Assembly: GCA_965204615.1 (NCBI GenBank)
Contig: OZ242000.1
Coordinates: forward strand, 1,281,803-1,345,802
Direction: 5' to 3'
DNA: 64,000 nt
Source of the DNA: Acidimicrobiia bacterium
Lineage (GTDB): Bacteria > Actinomycetota > Acidimicrobiia > Spongiisociales > ZC4RG35
Below, piece by piece: positions 59,678 to 64,000 of the stretch. Position numbers and translations under genes: made by a program. The notes beneath the pieces are model-generated. The model was not told the origin of the DNA, searched no databases, and saw only the letters and a list, made by a program, of their open reading frames with translations. Positions within the stretch are counted from its first letter, which is position 1. Every line of letters starts with the position of its first letter.

Positions 59678-60409
59678 ATGTCCATTCCTCATGCGGTGGT
59701 GACCGGCGCCTCCGGAGCGATCGGGTCTTCCTGCGTGCGCCTGCTCCATGAACGAGGATGGGAGATCACCGGGATCGACGTGGTTGATCCGCCCCCGGAG
59801 CTGGAATACGTCTCGTGGCACATGGCCGACGTCCGCGACCGGGAGGCGCTGGGGAAGGTGGCCGAGGGGACCGGACCGGTGCGGCTCCTCATCAACGGGG
59901 CCGGCTTCGGCGATCGCGCCCCGGCGGCGGAGATGACCGTGGACCAGTGGCAGAGCGTGCTGGACGTCTGCCTGACGGGGACCTTCATGACGTCCCAGGC
60001 GTTCTACCCCAACCTGTGCGAGGCGCAGGGAGCGGTGGTGATGAACATCGCCTCCCTGGCCGCCCAGCGGTCCTGTGCCCTACACGCCAACTACTGCGCG
60101 GCCAAGGCGGGCGTGGAGTCGCTCACCCAGGTGCTGGCGCTGGAGTGGGCTGCCGACCGGATCCGGGTGATAGCGGTGAGCCCGGGGGTGGTCAACACCC
60201 CCATCGTCCGAAAGAACATGGCGCCCGGCTCCGAGCGGGAGAAGGCGATCATCGGCATGACCCCCCTGGGGCGGCTGTTCGGACCCGAGGAACTGGCCCG
60301 GTTGATCCTGGCCTACTCCTCCGACGACTTCTCCCATGTGACCGGCGCCACCCTGGTGGCGGACGGCGGCTTCGCCACCGCCGGAGGTCTCCCCCAGTTC
60401 TACGACTGA
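59678..60409 (+). CDS. SDR-family oxidoreductase
   Basis: ATG 59678; VTGASGAIGS cofactor motif, YCAAKAGV catalytic Y-x3-K. Confidence 0.8.
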   Translation: MSIPHAVVTGASGAIGSSCVRLLHERGWEITGIDVVDPPPELEYVSWHMADVRDREALGKVAEGTGPVRLLINGAGFGDRAPAAEMTVDQWQSVLDVCLTGTFMTSQAFYPNLCEAQGAVVMNIASLAAQRSCALHANYCAAKAGVESLTQVLALEWAADRIRVIAVSPGVVNTPIVRKNMAPGSEREKAIIGMTPLGRLFGPEELARLILAYSSDDFSHVTGATLVADGGFATAGGLPQFYD

Positions 60410-60480
60410 GAAGACCCCACCCCACGGTCGTAGCCCTATCAGGTGCGCGTGGAAGCTCGCCCTGAGCCTCCGCCCCAAGC

Positions 60481-61212
<732 letters not shown>

Positions 61213-61968
61213 CTATCCCCTACCCAGGTAAATGTCGTGAACGAGTTGGTTGGCCCTGATCTCGTCGGGAGTCCCCCCCGCAACGGTCAGCCCCTCGTGC
61301 ATCACCATCACCCGTTCGGCGACTTCGAGCGCCACGTCCATGTCGTGCTCGATCAGCATCAGGGTGATGCTGCGGTCCAGGGCCAGCAGCAATTCGGTGA
61401 GCCTCTCCCGCTCGGCGCGGGAAAGCCCCGAGGCCGGTTCGTCCAGCAGCAGGAGAGAGGGATCGGTGACCATCGCCATGGCGACCTCCAGTTGCCGCTG
61501 CTCCCCGTGTGAGAGGTCGGCCACCAACGAGTCGAACCGGGCCTCCAGCCAGACTGCCTCCGCCGCCTGGCGGGCGTCGCGGCGGTACTCCTCATCCGAT
61601 CCCCGGTGAATCATCCGGAGACGTCCCCCCCTCTTCCCGGCCGCCGCCACGAACAGATTGTCCGCCACGGTCAGGCCGCCGAAGAGGCGGGTCTGCTGGT
61701 AGGTCCTGGCCACTCCCAAACCGGGGCGAACCCGGGGAGGTGCGGTGCTGACGTCCAATCCGCCTATCAGCACCTGGCCTTCGGTGGGGGGCAGGTCACC
61801 GGAGATGACGTTGAACAGGGTGGTCTTGCCCGCTCCGTTGGGTCCGAGGATCCCCAGGCGTTCGCCCTGCGTGACGTCCAAGTCGACGCCACGCAGGGCA
61901 TGCACGCCTCCAACGATCACTTCAATAGCGCTGAGTCGCAGTATCGGAGTTCCGTTGGCCTCGTTCAT
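61213..61968 (-). CDS. branched-chain amino-acid ABC transporter ATP-binding protein (LivG-type)
   Basis: 251 aa; GPNGAGKTT, LSHGEQRQL, LLDEPASGL motifs. Confidence 0.85.
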   Translation of the reverse strand: MNEANGTPILRLSAIEVIVGGVHALRGVDLDVTQGERLGILGPNGAGKTTLFNVISGDLPPTEGQVLIGGLDVSTAPPRVRPGLGVARTYQQTRLFGGLTVADNLFVAAAGKRGGRLRMIHRGSDEEYRRDARQAAEAVWLEARFDSLVADLSHGEQRQLEVAMAMVTDPSLLLLDEPASGLSRAERERLTELLLALDRSITLMLIEHDMDVALEVAERVMVMHEGLTVAGGTPDEIRANQLVHDIYLGRG

Positions 61969-61997
61969 TTTCTCTCTCGTTCAGTTCCTTGCTCGGG

Positions 61998-63503
61998 CTA
62001 GCTCTGCGGCACCCCGTCAACCACCGGAATCGAATGGCCGATCCACGGAAGGTCGCGCACCTCACAGGTGGGAACCTCGCGTCCGGGCGGGTCGATGTCG
62101 GGAGTGAAAGCGCCTCCGAAGCTCTGATCCACACCGGGGATCACGGCAACGGTGGTCAATCCCAGGGAACCGTCGTCATTGGCGACGATCTGGCGGACGT
62201 AGGAGTCCACGATCGCCTGACGGTTGCTGTCCAGGGAGATCGGACCGTAGGGGCCTTCGACGGTCAAGCCGCCGAGCGCCGCCTGCAGGGCCTGATGATC
62301 ATCGGAGATGTCTCCGCCGACCTGCTCCAGCGCCTGGATGAGCGCCTTGGCGGCCACGAAGTAGTTCACCAGGAATCCGGAGTGGGCCTGCAGGGCTGCG
62401 GGCGTCATGGCTCCACCGGGATCGGGGAAGTCATCGAAGTGACGATCCAGGATGGCGGTGTGCTCGCCAACCGAGTCCAGGGCGAGGTCGGCAGCAGTGC
62501 CGAATCCGCCGACATAGGCGCCGGCCATGCCGGGATCGAACGCTCCGACCGCGAACTCCCAGAACAAGTTACCCATGTGCTGCTCAGGGTTGAGTTCACC
62601 CTTGGCGTCCTCGAAGGCCTTCAGCGAGGGGATGGTTCCGGTTCCGCCGACCACCCAGAAGTACCCGTCGACCTCATCGGGGTCGGGGAGCTGGGCGGCG
62701 AACGACGAATAGTCGGTGGTGTTGAGCGGCGGGAAGACCCGCGAGGTCACATCACCGCCGGCCGCGCAGAACTCGGCGATGAAGCCGGCCGCGGAGGTCC
62801 AGCCGAAGCTGTAGTCGTCCATGACCACCGCCGCGGTGTCCCATCCGAGCACGTTCTTGGCGTAGTCGCCGGTACCCGCGTTCCACTGAGCTCCGTCACC
62901 GTTGTACCGGAAGAAGTTGGGAGCCTGGACGTGCATGGTGGTGTCCAGGGCGCCGGCCGTTCCGTTGATGAAGGTCTGGGTGGGATGGTCCTTGGCGTAG
63001 TTGGCCACCGCGATCGACTCGTCTCCCGAGAGCGGGCCGATCATGATGTCGGCGCCGATTTGCTCCATCAGGCGACGGGTCTCCTCAATGGCCTTGTCGG
63101 CGGTGTCGTCCGCGCAACCGATACCCACCAGCTCGACCGGGACACCGGCCACCGAAGCGCCGGTGAAGCCGTCAGTCGGCTTGTTGGGGTTGGTAACCGT
63201 GGCGCCTGCGAACTCGGCGAACGCCGCTACGACGCCTGCCAGGTCCTGGTCGTGGAAGCCTCCGAAGGCCCCTTCACAGTCCGACAGCACGGCCAGATTG
63301 ATGACCTCGGTGCCCATCGGCTCTTCCTCTTCCATCTCCTCCGCGGGCTCCGGCTCAGGAGCAGCAGTGGTGGGAGCGGCAGTGGTGGGAGCAGCGGTAG
63401 TGGGAGCAGCCTCCTCCTCGTCGCCGCCGCAAGCGGCCGCGACCAGAGCAATGACGGCTGCCAAAATCGCCAGTCGCATTACTTTTGACTTACGAAAAGA
63501 CAT
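61998..63503 (-). CDS. branched-chain amino-acid (Leu/Ile/Val-type) ABC transporter substrate-binding lipoprotein
   Basis: ATG 63503 with AAAGGAGAG RBS; signal peptide plus lipobox (LVAAACG), PT-linker (APTTAAPTTAAPTTAAP), periplasmic-binding-protein type I domain. Confidence 0.85.
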   Translation of the reverse strand: MSFRKSKVMRLAILAAVIALVAAACGGDEEEAAPTTAAPTTAAPTTAAPEPEPAEEMEEEEPMGTEVINLAVLSDCEGAFGGFHDQDLAGVVAAFAEFAGATVTNPNKPTDGFTGASVAGVPVELVGIGCADDTADKAIEETRRLMEQIGADIMIGPLSGDESIAVANYAKDHPTQTFINGTAGALDTTMHVQAPNFFRYNGDGAQWNAGTGDYAKNVLGWDTAAVVMDDYSFGWTSAAGFIAEFCAAGGDVTSRVFPPLNTTDYSSFAAQLPDPDEVDGYFWVVGGTGTIPSLKAFEDAKGELNPEQHMGNLFWEFAVGAFDPGMAGAYVGGFGTAADLALDSVGEHTAILDRHFDDFPDPGGAMTPAALQAHSGFLVNYFVAAKALIQALEQVGGDISDDHQALQAALGGLTVEGPYGPISLDSNRQAIVDSYVRQIVANDDGSLGLTTVAVIPGVDQSFGGAFTPDIDPPGREVPTCEVRDLPWIGHSIPVVDGVPQS

Positions 63504-63531
63504 AGATTCTCTCCTTTCTCAGTTTCTTTTT

Positions 63532-64000
63532 TCAACCAGATGTGGTCGATTCCTTCGGTTCCCCGAGCTTATCCCCGGGGACTTCCCGCCCGGAGGCCGG
63601 GCGGAAGATGCGTTTGAACAGTCTCCCGATACTGGTCCCCAAACCCATGAGGCCGTTGGGGGAAGCCAGCACGATCACCAGGAAGATCACACCCACCAGC
63701 GTGTTGAACCGATCTTCGGTGATCCCGATCTTGTCCACCAGCGGCACCGATCTGACGTAGTTGTTCACAACCACGTAGATGAACGCCCCCAACCAGGCGC
63801 CTTCCAGCCGGTTCATGCCGCCGATGACGGCGATGATCAGAAGCGCCAGGATCTCTCCGATCCCGATCGATGCCGGGTCGATCTGGCGGTTCCACCAGAC
63901 GTTGAGCACCCCCGCCAGAGAAGCCACGAACCCTCCCAGCACGAATGCAAGGGCGCGGTGTATCACCAGGTTGTATCCCAGGGCGCTCATCCTCACCGGA
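63532..64000 (-). CDS. branched-chain amino-acid ABC transporter permease (LivM/LivH-type), C-terminal part; gene continues past window end
   Basis: Hydrophobic C-terminal 154 aa ending 29 nt before the binding-protein gene. Confidence 0.7.
   Translation of the reverse strand, partial: PVRMSALGYNLVIHRALAFVLGGFVASLAGVLNVWWNRQIDPASIGIGEILALLIIAVIGGMNRLEGAWLGAFIYVVVNNYVRSVPLVDKIGITEDRFNTLVGVIFLVIVLASPNGLMGLGTSIGRLFKRIFRPASGREVPGDKLGEPKESTTSG

Overview
High-GC (by eye roughly 65-70%) actinobacterial-type chromosomal segment with about 55 protein-coding genes. I found no rRNA, tRNA or CRISPR array.

Gene content, in order:
- An operon at the left edge encoding a D-aminoacylase, a PLP-dependent alpha-oxoamine synthase and a phosphotriesterase-like protein.
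- A plus-strand catabolic cluster at 3.3-11.1 kb with a sugar-type ABC transporter, an amidase, a class III aminotransferase, a GntR regulator and a 3-hydroxyisobutyrate-dehydrogenase-family enzyme.
- glpK.
- A minus-strand N-acetylglucosamine/chitooligosaccharide-type utilisation locus at 13.9-25.1 kb. It carries a ROK regulator, a family-1 substrate-binding protein, two permeases, a ROK kinase, nagB, nagA and a Gfo/Idh/MocA oxidoreductase. Its substrate-binding-protein gene is split by an IS21-family insertion sequence (istA/istB, 20.7-23.0 kb).
- A ROK-regulator-adjacent module of an SDR, a split Tm-1-like pair (TIM-barrel plus UPF0261) and an Old-Yellow-Enzyme/FadH-like reductase.
- A 1.5-kb ORF-poor region with repeats and a perfect palindrome.
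- An acyl-CoA synthetase.
- A secreted animal-type heme peroxidase translationally coupled to a small secreted Cys-containing protein.
- An orphan formylglycine-generating enzyme.
- A stand-alone nuoE-F-G module preceded by an Mrp/ApbC ATPase.
- An HTH regulator plus aconitase (acnA).
- A VapB-like antitoxin with a degenerate VapC remnant next to an IS1182-family element.
- A cyclase, a CaiB CoA-transferase and an acyl-CoA dehydrogenase.
- A membrane-anchored coiled-coil protein built from nine 21-bp tandem repeats.
- Isocitrate lyase with a divergent LysR regulator, an SDR, and a Liv-type branched-chain amino-acid ABC transporter at the right edge.

The most unusual items:
- A ~175-bp segment holding the promoter, 5' leader and first five codons of the acyl-CoA synthetase is duplicated 3.3 kb away, upstream of the peroxidase operon.
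- The small secreted protein is overlapped (ATGA) with the secreted heme peroxidase.
- A 1.5-kb non-coding stretch.
- The repeat-encoded coiled-coil gene.

All family assignments come from motif recognition by eye. No database search was run.
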